Source of the DNA: the human T2T-CHM13v2.0 reference genome, Homo sapiens
Strand: one strand, 5' to 3'
Assembly (NCBI RefSeq): GCF_009914755.1
Contig: NC_060927.1
Length of the DNA: 64,000 nucleotides
The notes beneath the pieces were generated by a model. The model was not told where the DNA came from and made no database searches. It saw only the letters and a list, made by a program, of their open reading frames with translations. Made by a program: the position numbers and the translations under genes. Shown here piece after piece: positions 11,915 through 25,200 of the stretch. Positions within the stretch are counted from its first letter, which is position 1; every line of letters starts with the position of its first letter.

Positions 11915-14879
11915 ATGCAATTCCTCATTTTAGGATCTACTTTTTAGGGATGTCCAATCTATGATATCCTTTTAACTTATAGATGTGAGCTATTAAAGTA
12001 AGTCTGTAGAGATAAGGTTTTATTGATAAACTAAATATAATGTTGTGATGAACTGGGAAATGTGTTTCTAACTAGCTTCTGGTATATTTCAAGGTTGGTG
12101 GCATTAAGAATAGATGAGATTATATATTTACACTATGTTTGCATGGAACGACAAGGAAGCGAGGATTTTGCTGCATCACTTACATTGAAGTACTGTTTTA
12201 TGAATGAGTCTTTAGTTGGGACTGATTTTATTATGGCTGGAAGACCAGCGAATCTGCTCTTCTAACTCCAGTATTAGTGTTTTGTCCATATATCTAAGGC
12301 ACCTGTTTTTGTTTCCTTTCTATATCTCTCTTTTTATTGTGGAAAGCTTGTGTTAACCCCACATGTATCGGGTTAGAGGACAATTAAGTAATGAGGTACT
12401 TTGTTCCACAGGCTAACATTCAGATTCTGTGTCCATCATCAGCATCTCCATAGTCCCAACCCAAACTCAACCTTATGGATATTTCACTGCATAAGAAGAC
12501 TCAAATTTCTTATAGATGAAAGGCAACTAAATGAATGGTTTTTGATATAGATATGTAACATTATCTGTGATTATAATAACATTGAGATAATATTCATATA
12601 AGCCATTAATAGACCTTAATCCTGCCCTATTGCTCCCTCTGTTATCCCTGACCGAGGCCAATGAAGAATTCTGTCAACACACCTTGAGCCAGAGGAAAGC
12701 TTTTTTGACATTCTCTCCTGAAAAATGATACCTTCCTCCCACCTCCACACACACAAGTCCTTTCGTGTAACAGATGCCAACCTGCTATAATTTTGACTCA
12801 TTAGAGCATGACTCAGACCAGCCCCCTCATTATGCTCACTTTCCAATTACTGGGACTGGACAATTTTACGCAGAAAGAAAAACCACACACTGAGATCCTT
12901 GATGCTTGATATCAAGTGACTTTTTATTCTGGCTGTGACTCTTTTCTCCTCCCAACTCCTTGCCCCATTCCTGCTTCCTCAATTTATTGAACTAATACGT
13001 GTTTTTCTTCCACATCTATTGGTAGAAGACACAATCTCTCAGCAAGTGTTAATATGTAAAATCTTTCCCCCTCACCTTTCATCTTTCCTTGATTATTAGC
13101 TTTTATAAGTGCTGTGGCTGTCGATACATAGTTGCATTTATGTAGACTGACGATGATTTAGCAAAGAGATTTCAAATCCACTTATTTTTAAATATTATCA
13201 AGAGCTGTGCACCAGCTTCCTACAAGGCAGGCCATCTCTGTGTTTTGCTCTCATTTCTACAGTTGTTTTCCCCTTTGCAACCACTGTTCCTCTCTATTTT
13301 TCATTTCTTCTATCATTCTATTTGGGTTTTTTCCCTTTTACTCTCACTACCTACCTTGCTTCACATGTAGTGACCTGTACATTCATTTCTTTTACTGGAA
13401 ATGAAATAAGAACTTCAAAGGAGCATGAATAATCTCTCCTGTTTTAATAATTAAAGATGAATCCACCATAAAGCTTTCTCTGCCATTCCCAGTGTTCACA
13501 TTAGATCGGAAATGGCATTTGTAGCCCCACAAGAAATAGAGTAGTTCCCACCCTGAGATGCACGGCACACAGCTCAGCTCTTCCCTGGATGAGCATGTTA
13601 CCAATGAGTTTGTTTCAAAGTAAGTATAGCTTGAATATGGGAAGACAGGATTTGATAGTGTTTGATAATTCACAATTTAAGGGCTAAGGAAAGACGGCTT
13701 ATTATTAAATGCAAATAAAACGAAATGAAGTCCGGCTGTCTGGGTGCAGATAGAAATTACACAAAGCTCATAAGCCACATTGGAGATCTTAACTACTAGA
13801 CAGCACAGAGCTCTGGGAGTTGCAAGCAAGCACAAATCCTGTCTTTGAAGAGGACTGCACCCAGTATTATCTCTAGAGAAAGACTCAGATTGTACAGTCT
13901 GCTTGGAAAACTAAGGTGTGACTAGAAACAGGGCAAGTAAAGCCACTTCATGGAAGGGGAATATGTTTTGATTTTTAAAGTATTTCAACCTCTTTGGTTC
14001 CCATTGTTACTTTTCCCTTCTGTAGGATAGCATTTACTGGCCACAGAAAAATTGCCTATTTTCTTACAGGGTTGCCAGACAGCCTGCCTAGAGCAAAAAG
14101 ATATATATTGCCCTTGACTATCCAAATATATAAAAATGATATGACAGCTTCATAATGGACAGAAGTGTGAACTCAAGGACACATTAATAATTTTATATCA
14201 ATATTATTTAAATATTTTTGCTAGGTTGATTTATATTTTAAACCAGTGAAAGCTCTTCAAAAGCTATGGAATTATATTTTTTTGTTGTTTATTAATTAGG
14301 CTCCCAGGCTCTAATGGACAACATTTTGGAGGAAGTACTAAAGGTGGATTTATAAAACTGAATATATGCAATGTGGCTACCAGGCTGATTTACTGAAAAC
14401 AATGCATTAATCTGTTATTCACTAACAAAAAATCTCTAAGAGAGTGATTTGTTTTATCAGATCAGTTTTCTTATGCAATTCTATCCTCTAAAATCTAATT
14501 TGAGACTTCCATACATACAGTTTTAGATGGGAGGAAAGAGCGTATCTATGTTTCAACAGTTTTGTGTTCTTACTTCTTCTGGGCCTGGGATTCGCCTCTT
14601 TTTTGTAACTACTAAAATTCAGCACCTGCTTCAAGTCCATTTCAAACCCCATCTTCTCTAAGGACCTTCCCCTGGATATCTATCTCCCATCTCTGAAGTG
14701 TTATGACACTTATTTTCTTCAGCACTCATTTTGGTACTCACATACTTTGTAAAAATACTACATCTACTGCTTTTCATTGCTTAATTACTTTCACTTATCT
14801 ATTATATACAGCCAACAAACTATACATCTCTAGAAAGCAGAGATGGTATTTTAGAGCTACTTTATATTTCTATAGGATC

Positions 14880-15895
14880 TAGCAGTATATCCATTATATC
14901 TTCATCCTGGATATCTCCCTTGGACTCTAGACTTGTTTGTCTACTGTTCTACTCAGTGTTTTCCTGTGGGAGTCTAATAGACATATCAAACTTCTGATAT
15001 CCAAACATAATGCTCAACCTTTTCCTCTCAAAATCTGTTCATTGTTTTCTCTAACTCAGTTTTTGGAAGCTCCGTTCTTCCAGTTGCTCAGGCCAAAATA
15101 CCTTGGATTCATCTTTCTGTCATACTTCACATCCCATCCATCATGACATAATATCATTTCTATCATCAAAACAAATTCAAAATACGATCAATTCTTCCTC
15201 TTGTACCACTATAGCTTTTGTCCATGCTATCATGATTACAATGCCATCACAATATTCATCTAATTGGCCTTCTATTCTCAACATAAGAGCCAGGTTGTTC
15301 TTTGAAAACGTTAAGTCATCGTGTCACTCCTCTTCCCAAATGGCACTTATGGCTTCCCATTTCAGAGTAATTGTAAGTCTTAATAGGATAAGTGTTAAAG
15401 TCCTAACAGTAACCTATAAAGCTCTATAGACCTGACATTCACTTATCTCTTTGATTTCATGTATTTTCTCCACCACTCACTCCACTTTAGACATGTGGGC
15501 TAGAGAAATCTCCTTGCAATTCCTTGAATTCTCTAGGTAAGTTCCTGCCTCAAGGCCTTTTCACTTGCTGTTCTTTCAACCTAGAGTGCTTTTCCCTCAG
15601 CCTACCCTATTTAAAATACCCGCCCCCCCCCCACACACACATACACACACATAAACCTTTGAAAACCATATCCCTTTTCACTTAATTTTTGTTCTTCATA
15701 GTACTTATCACTATCTAACATAATATTTACTTATTTATTTATATTATTGTCTATCTCCCTACACTACAATGCAAGCTTCGTGAGGACTGAAATTTCTGTG
15801 TGTTTTGTTCATTACTTTAGTGCCCAGTGCTAGAATACTCCCAGGCAAGAAGTGAATGCTCAATAATTATTTCAACGAATGCACAAATGAAGAAA
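14880..15895 (+). mobile_element. L2 3' region
   Basis: Typical L2 phrases (catatcaaactt..ttccagttgctcaggccaaaataccttgga..caaggccttttcacttgctgttc..tgctcaataattattt..gaatg). Confidence 0.75.
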
Positions 15896-16964
15896 TGAAC
15901 AGCCTGGTAATATAGTCCTGCTGAAGTTCTTATAAAGTGAATATAGTAGAAAATAAATGGGAATTGCACTGAAAAAAATCTCAGAGGAAGGCACCACTCA
16001 GAGAAAGCACATTTTTCTTGTAGCACGAGTCATAGTATGTGTCCCACGTGGCCAGAAGTGGTAGGCTGTAGGCCAAGCTCAAGCCATTGGTTACCTGTGT
16101 AACCCCAGGAAAGGCCTGAAATTCTTCTTGCCTTGAGCACACATCTGTAAATTTGTTTTGATGCCTGCCTTCCACTTGAGTGCTTTTTATATTGTTTTGT
16201 AGATTTTTCTCATGCTGTCTTTTATGGGAATATTTAACTTCTAAAATAGGGTTGAATATACTTTTACATAGCATTCTGTATCTAGTAGTAGATATATGAT
16301 ACAGGATTGGTAAATGTGATAATTTCTACCATCCCAAAGTTTACTCTCTGTTGCAGAAAAGCAAATAAAAAAACTTCAAACCATAAATTTAAGACGTATA
16401 ATAAAGACATAATTAGGATTTCTAATATTACTATACAGTCCTGAGCTCCACACTTGTATTCTCAGTACCTAACACTGCTTAGTTAGATAATAATATCTGT
16501 TCAATGAGCAAAAAGTAAAAATACACATAAAACACTGTGGAAAGTGAGTATTCGTTGAGAAAAGGAGAAATGAAGAGAGACTAAGATGATCATGTGTAAT
16601 CAGAGACATCGCTTCTCTAATTGCTAAATCCCCAGTCCATAGGAGAGTATCTGGCTCCGTAGGTATTCAAATACTCATGAATCAACGGATAATTTGAATA
16701 ACGTTGACCGATTAGCTGACAAAGCTCTATGAAGGATAGAGGTATTTAAGAATTCTTATTTGTTTTGATGAAATAGAAAGAGACGGTCCTTGGACTATGC
16801 AGCACCTAGACTACATGGGAAAATCACTTGAAGAATGAATGTGTTTGGAAAAGCATTAGAAAAGTGTATTTAGGGAGGGTGAGGAATATTCAGCTTCTAA
16901 TTGGTAGAAGCATAAAAGAGTCTGTAATTTAGAAAATAAGTGTCTTGAATACATTGTCAGTATA

Positions 16965-17780
16965 ATTGGGCCATTCATGTATTAAGAATCTATAGGTACC
17001 AGCCTGTGCACTAGATGCTAAAGATGAATAAGACTTCACTGTTCTCAACGAGTTGGCAGTCTTGTGAGGCAGAAACATGACAATATAAATGAATCCAATA
17101 AGAATCCAATAGACAGTGTTGAATGTAAAAGGATTACCTAACCAAGAGAACTGGTGGGTTAGGGAAAGCTTTCCAGAGGGAAAGAAAAGTGAGATAAAGA
17201 CTGAGGAAAAGTTGGAGTTAGGCAGGGGAAAGATTGGAAGAACTGTGAAAGAGAAACTTGCACATTGAAAGGCATGGAAGAAGTTCAGTGTGATTACATT
17301 TCAAATGGACTGGAAAGCAAGAGAAGGTAGAGGTGGAAGGAGAAAGTAGGCAGAAAATGATTTAAAATAAGACTAGAGAGTTATGTAAGCAGGAGCAAGA
17401 TTACAAAGGACTTGTTCATCTTTGGAAGACATTTTAATTTCATTCTAAGAATAATGGGGAGCAATTAAATAATTGTAAGAAAAGCCGTGATATGATTAGA
17501 GTAGAATCAACATTTAGAAAGCCATAACTACAAAATGTAGAATAGATTGGAGGGGCAACACAGAGCATTGAATACCATTGGAGGTGCTTTTAAAGATCTA
17601 AGCAAGAAATAATATGGGCCTGTGTATGGGTAGTAATAATGGGAGAGAAAATAAGAAGAAACAGAATTGAGATGTTAAGGAAGAGAGATGTTAAGTGAAA
17701 TTGGCAGGGACACACTATAGAAAACACTGGCAAAGAGAGGAACGGTGATGCTGCAAAGTGGTTAGGATCAAACACAGAGG
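16965..17780 (-). mobile_element. L2 fragment(s)
   Basis: Purine-rich degenerate L2 antisense motifs (ttttaattt cattctaag..aatggggagcaatt..tgatatgattaga). Confidence 0.55.
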
Positions 17781-18579
17781 GGCAGCACCAAAAGTGGGCA
17801 ATATAGAGAAATTTCTGTTGACTGATGGGATCACAGAGGTTTTGTCAATAAGCAGAGGTGGGGGCAGTTAGTGATAAAAATACTGTGCATGGGTCTTCCC
17901 TTTTGAGTCTGCAGGTTGAAGTCATATGCTCTGTGAAGTCAAGGAGAGAAAGAATTCCTTTTGATCCACAAGTTTATATCCCATTGAGCAAACGCTACTG
18001 ACCAGCAGTCCAGAGGCTATGTGAATTGTCAACTCTGACATCTCATTGCACATCTACAAGCATAAACTTATCCGAATTCTGTCTTCAGCTCACTTATGTA
18101 GAAAGCATTTGCAAGACACAGCAAGAGACTGTATTCAGAGTGCTGGGTGTGTGTGTTTCTGAGCTTGGTGGCCAGAAGGAAAGAAAGGAAACAGAAAATC
18201 AAAGAAAAGTTGCAAAACTGATGTTTAAAAAACTCAGTTCTGGTATAAATATTTTTGTCTATGCTTCATTCCATCTGAACTACTCAGGAAATCTGAGGAC
18301 TAAATATTAAGGCTACAGTAATACTTTCTACAAATCTAAAAAACCCCTAAATTTCCTTGATTCTCTCATATATACCAGGAGGAGCTAGCTGACTATTTTG
18401 TTCTTGCTTTGTACTATTAGGCTTTAGTTTTCTAATGAGGTTTCCCTTTTTTCTCACAGCTTTAGTCCACTAGATGGGCAAACATATCAACATTTGAGAT
18501 AATCATTACACATCCAAAAAGTCATGTGCCTTCCATGGCTGGCTTGTCCACATCAGCACCACTTTGAGCCAAGTTTGAT

Positions 18580-18729
18580 CTTTCTTTCCTCTTTCTTTCT
18601 TCCTTCCTTTTTTTTCTCTCTTTGTCTTTCTCTCTCTCTCTCCTTCTTTCCCTCCTTCCCTCCCTCCCTCCCTCCTTCCTTCCTTCCTTCCTTCCCTCCT
18701 TCCTTCCTTTTCTTTCTTTTCTTTCTTTC

Positions 18730-18730
<1 letters not shown>
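18580..18730. repeat. (CT)/(TTCC)/(TTTC) polypyrimidine tract derived from an Alu tail
   Basis: About 150 nt of almost pure pyrimidines adjoining the Alu 3' end. Confidence 0.9.
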
Positions 18731-19012
<282 letters not shown>

Positions 19013-19523
19013 TGATCTTGTTTCTTTTAGATACCACTCTTGTTTGCTGAGTGCATTTTTTTCCACATTCTACCTTTTATTCCTTTTTCAGTAATGTTTG
19101 GTTGTACTGCTATTTATCTCTGCAGTGGTTTGGTTGTACTGCTATTGTGACCTGTGCATATATACTACCTACCACAGGATGGATCTACTAGCAAATAGTG
19201 TCCCACCTCTCTTTCAAAAGAATCATGTAAACTCAGATCCCAACAAGAGAAGACCCACTGATAATAGTGATGTTGTTCTGCTTTAGCTGCGTATTTTCCT
19301 AGGTAAACCCTGGCCTCCAGGACATCCAGGATATGAGCCAGATAAGGGCTAACAACAAACTATTGCTCACCTAATATCCCTCTGTACTTTACCATGTGCT
19401 GAATATCTCAGAGCTTCCATATAAAACCCCAGAGAGATTTATTAAAGAGAAACTTGTTGCCCAGGCTGTATTCAACATCTGGAATGATTTCTTTACATCA
19501 TACTACAATCTCCCTTGGTGACA

Positions 19524-19956
<433 letters not shown>

Positions 19957-21189
19957 TAGATACAATTAGTTCACTATTCATAGAGATAGACCAAGTTAAG
20001 GCTATATATGTTCTGTCATATAATATCATCAAATATATACATAAAGAGATATATACACATTTATTAAATTGCTTAAGTCAGTTCACTGTGTAGATTGTTA
20101 TATTCTTGAGATGAAAGGCTAGGTCTTATGATTTTTGTGTTCTGACTGCCTAGTAGTACACTAGTAGGTAGTATTGGTAGGTAGATACTACATAAATTTT
20201 TAAGAAAATAATTAAACCACTTGCTATTTTATGAAGAATATTATTTCATGCTTCCATTATCCAACATAGCAACCCAAACTAGAAAATTCAGCCACTGTCA
20301 TTTTCTAATAATACATTTCACTACACCATTGTGAAAAACATTTGGTGACTCACATCTCAAACTGTGAAATAGCTGATATTGTGCTATTTTAAAGTGATAA
20401 TTTTGTATTTTATTTGCGATTTCACATGTTAGGGCTAAAGACCAATTTAGGCTAATATATCTGAAGAGTGAATAGACATTAGTACATCCATTCATTAAGG
20501 TATGATTTGCCATTTTATTATGATGAATAATCACTTTTCATTTAAGAAAGATCTTGACTTTTCCTGCAAACTGTTATCTTGTGAAACTGCTGAGGATAGG
20601 CCTGGCTAGGAAAGCAAAATGTGTACATGTTACTTATACCTGTGCCACTCTAATTTAAAAACAGCATATCTCAATATCTCAATCACCAACAGTAAGAAAA
20701 TTTTTAAAAACATACAAACAAAAACTGCCAAGATCTTCATTCAAAGTCATTTTAATTGCTTATATAAATACAGACATAATTATAACCCTAAAAAGTATGC
20801 TAATAATTAATTCACTATTTATTGGCATTAAATAAGGTTAAGGCTGTATGTTTTTATACACACATATACAGACATACGTATACATCATCAAGCATATATA
20901 TATGCGAGTATATGCACATAAATGACTGGGCTGATTTATTCAGAGTATGCACTATAACTGTCTTCAGTTTTAAAAGATAAATCTACTATACAAAATACTA
21001 GATGCAATAAAACCCCCATGTAATACAAAATACTAGATGCAGTAAAACCCCCCTTCTCAGCATTCTTTGCACTCTGTTATGACTCAATGGATATATGTGT
21101 GTTTTACCTGTGCAGTAAGCACATCTTTACACTGTCTAGTGAAAACCACTCTTGCCTTCAGGGAATGCTCCTCTGGAATCCACCTATGT

Positions 21190-21335
21190 TTCAAGTGGAA
21201 GCTGCCAAATTCCCTAGGTTTCTGGACTCAAGTGTTAGCATATAATCCAGATATGGCCAATCACTGTATCCTACTCCTCTGATCACAGTGATTAGTCCAG
21301 AGAGGTCATGAAATCTAAACCAAGTTAATCAGTCT
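21190..21335. mobile_element. Possible ERVL LTR16/LTR33-type fragment
   Basis: ggccaatca..gatcacagtgattagtccag..catg..ttaatcag motif pattern. Confidence 0.4.
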
Positions 21336-21982
21336 TTCCGAACTTGTAGTCATAAAATAATTGATTGCCCAAAGTGGATTTTTTGAAAGTGAAATGGATG
21401 TTATTCACAGTTATGCTGGAACAAGAAGTTTGCAGACAGTGCCTTGGACAATAAACTAATGCTAATAGTAACCCTCTTCTGAGACTTTTCTACGTGGCAT
21501 TTGCTTGAAAGTTTCCTTTTCTTTATAGTTAAAACTACATAATTGTGAATGTAAGCTCAATAATAAACAAGGTATTTCTATTTCCATAAAAATCACTGTG
21601 AATGTATTAAGATATTCATCTTAAGGGTTTGCTTTTGCATCTCTTATTTATTGAACACTTAAATATATACTACTGATGGTAGATTAATTTGGGAGATATT
21701 TGTGAACTTTTAAAGGACATTCTTAAAAAGAAAAAAAAAATCCCTTGGTAGAAATTTAACAAATCTACAACTTGAAGAGCATACATTAACTAAATCCAAA
21801 TTAATAAAATTTAGCTAAAAGTCTAATTGAAATAATTCTGTGTGCTCTCAAAAATTTATGGGTTGAAATACATATGGGTTTATTATTTTACATATTTTCT
21901 CAAGATTTATGCAGTGAATGTGTCTCATACATGATTGATTAACCACACTAAAAGTTGCAAAATGTAGATTTGGCATAGAATC

Positions 21983-22264
21983 TTTTTTTTTTTTAAACAA
22001 AAAAAGGACAGGGTCACATTCTGTTGCCCAGGTTGGAGTGCAGGGGGGGTGATCATAGCTCCTGCAGCCTCAAATTCCTGGGCTCAAGCAATCCTCCAAC
22101 CTTAGCCTTCTGAGCATCAGGGACTACAGGTGTGTACTACTACACTACCATGGCTACTTTTGTAATTTTTTTTTTTTAACCTAGAGACAGAGTCTCCCTA
22201 TATTGCCCAGGCTGGTCTCAAACTCCTTACCTCAAGCAATCCTCCAGCCTTGGCCTCCCAAAGT
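21983..22264 (-). mobile_element. AluJ, lacking its 5' ~35 nt
   Basis: Diverged antisense Alu that ends at ctcccaaagt. Confidence 0.85.
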
Positions 22265-25200
22265 CAGCTTAGAATTTTTTATATGTTAAAATAGGAGATT
22301 AAAGGGGGAAGTATTTTTCCCCTAAAGTTTTAATTCATAAAGAAATCAGAAAATAAAAACAAATCATGGTAAAAATTCACCATTTGAAATGTTACCATGT
22401 ATTTTTAGATGCCAAAAATGGGTACAAATAGTCTATGTGATCCATGATTATATTGATTGCAAATTTTAGATTCAGTTGTAAATACAAAATCAAGTTTAAG
22501 GATCTATTTATTATGATCTAATAGAGAAAGTTAGAATTCTCTCTGTTTTTAATGCTTCAGAAAATATTACTTTTCCCCTGCTTTGGAAGGGTTTCTCATA
22601 AAGTAAAAATATGCCAGTTAGTACCAGACTGGCTTAAATAGATAGTTATAGTAAACTATAAGGCACTTCCTAGTTCCTTGCAAAGTGCCTTACATAGAAT
22701 ATATGCACAGAAGACATTCAAGAAATTAACAGATTAATGATGGATGGTGAATGGATGAATGTGGTGGGTAGACGAATGGACAGATGGGTGAATAAATGTA
22801 AATAAGTCGTAAAGTCAAAGGAAGACAGCCTGTCATTATTATTACAATGATAATGATGACAATAAAACTCTCTACAGATATACTATCTCACAAAGAAATA
22901 CTATAATTTAATTTAATAAAACAGATGGCTTTTTCTCCTTGTTAGCCAACCTCAGACAGATCACATGATTCTAAGGTGACAAAATTGTTTTTTTGTGGTA
23001 AATATCAAAAGCCACACTCAGAATTTACAGGAGAAATATGGCTCATATTTTTTCCTAGAAATTTTCTTTCTCTTTTCTTCTGTATAGATATTCAAACATG
23101 TGACCAATTCTGTTTCTCTTCCTCTAAATGTCTCATTTTCTAGTCTCTGAGGTCAATGTAATAATGCACCTCAGGACTTGAGATATGTTAACATTGCACA
23201 AAACCAGGATTTATTGAAAAGGGGCAACTCAATGGGAAATTGGAATAAAAAGAGCCCAAAATCATTGGATTCAGAGGCTAAGAGTTTATTCATATTGGGC
23301 TATCTGTAAGTTTTAGGTAGTACGCAAGTAATATATTTGCTTCCTAGATATAGGCAGCTTGAAAAGATTCAAAAGAACAGGCATAGATGCATGGTACTGA
23401 CCGCAATACTTCTGTGAGTAGGAGGCTGGAGTAATTTACCACTCTGAACAACAGGGCTGTCTGGGTTGCAGTTTGGGGGTGTCTCATTTCCTATTATGTT
23501 ACACTATCAAAATTGCAGGAATTACACATGCTATGCCATTACCTTCTAGACAGACAAGCTGCTAAATTATTTCTATGAGGAACATGAGCTACTTACTTAT
23601 CTTCCGGATAAGAACAGAAGACAAGTGGAGAGCATCTGGGAGACAGACAGTGTGAGAAACTTCTTTGTCTGGGTTGCAAAAATGCCACTCTGAGATGTTC
23701 TGTCTGACACACTGCTAGTAACAGTCACACTGGCAATATGAAATGCTTCCAATACGATAAATAGTTAAAGAGGAGATGTTGCATCTTGACTTTAAATGAA
23801 CAACAAGAAAAAAACATGTAAAACTCCAAGCAGATGAGCAGTGTTGTGATCAACAGAAGCACTAAGTTATAAAATAAGAAAAAGGAAAGAAAAATAAGAA
23901 AGAGGAGAAAAGTTTTTAATGAGTCTCATGAATATTGAGATCTATAAGGCTCATTAGAGGTGCAATTGATTAATTATTTTTTGCAGATGCTGATATGGAA
24001 TCCACAGATTTTGAAACCTGCCCATGATCATGCAGTTAGTTAATAACAGAGAAGTAGAATCCACCTTTCTGATCTGTTGGGAGGGAGGTATGTGTGAACC
24101 ATAGTGGGAAGAAAGAGAAGTAACTACTTGAACATGGAAAAACCAGAAACAGGTAAGATTTTAGTTTCTCACTGGTGTATGAGCCTAGAAAATTATCTGG
24201 ACTCTCAGCAAGAATTTTATAAAATTTCTAGTTGTTTCCTATATTCACTTTGCTGCAAATTCAAATGATATAATTTTTGCATAGCAGTTACATTTCTATC
24301 TTTTTTAATATTCTCTTTTAGCTCTGGTAAAAATCTGGACGTGTACATCTGCCAAAAAAATTAAAGGTCAACAAACAACATGGTATCTGAAATTCCTTTC
24401 TATTTTGAAGACTCACTTATTCGAGACTTGGGGAACTCTGAGGATGTACTGCATGAAGCAGTACAGGCCACAACCACCAATGCTGAATAAATTAGCATAC
24501 AAAGAGAATTATCCAAACACCCAGCTCTTTCTATGTCTTGGAAATCATACCATAGATATAGGTTAAAGTTTATACTACCCAGTATAGCTTGGAATCAATA
24601 AGCAGCGTTAAAGCTTTATCATCAAAGAGTTTAAATTTTCAGAGGCATGGCTCTCTTTCAGGAGGCATGATATAATTATGAATCCTTTCTTGGTGATTTC
24701 CCTTTTGGTTATCCTCTCTGAGCCTCTTTTTTTACTCTGCTGTCTTACATTTGCTTCCTGCCTTTTTTATTTTTAATTGATATTTAAATCAAATACTTCC
24801 ACTTAAACCTCACAATTTTTCTTTGCATCTTCTTCTCATCCTTTGATTAGGAATTGAGTAGAAAATGATTGCTATTGCAATAGAGAGAAAAAATGGCAAA
24901 TTTGGAACAGCACTTCTATTTCTTTTTGAAAGCTTATCTCCTCCTGTTCTCCATGCACACAGCACCCCCATAATAACAAGTAAAAACTAAAATAAATGGT
25001 CACTTTTGACAGAACTAAGGTAGAACAAAATAAAGAGAGTAACAGGGAGACTGAGAGAAAAAAATAGCAAATAGGGCAGTAGAAAATGTAAGTATAAAGA
25101 AAAGGAAGAGGAGGCCTAGAAAGAGGTAAAAAGAGAAAGCGCAAAGGAAGAAATTATGGCAAGAAGAGAATGGAAAATAAAAAAGACAAGTGATGGCTCT

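Noticed and set aside
14618-14640. REST/RE1 site (ttcagcacc); similar half-sites at ~63799 and ~63965
   Set aside because: Only half-sites; no correctly spaced GGACAG partner.
17770-17790. CTCF-like cagagggggcagca
   Set aside because: The 5' CC-x-C core is mismatched; too weak without ChIP data.
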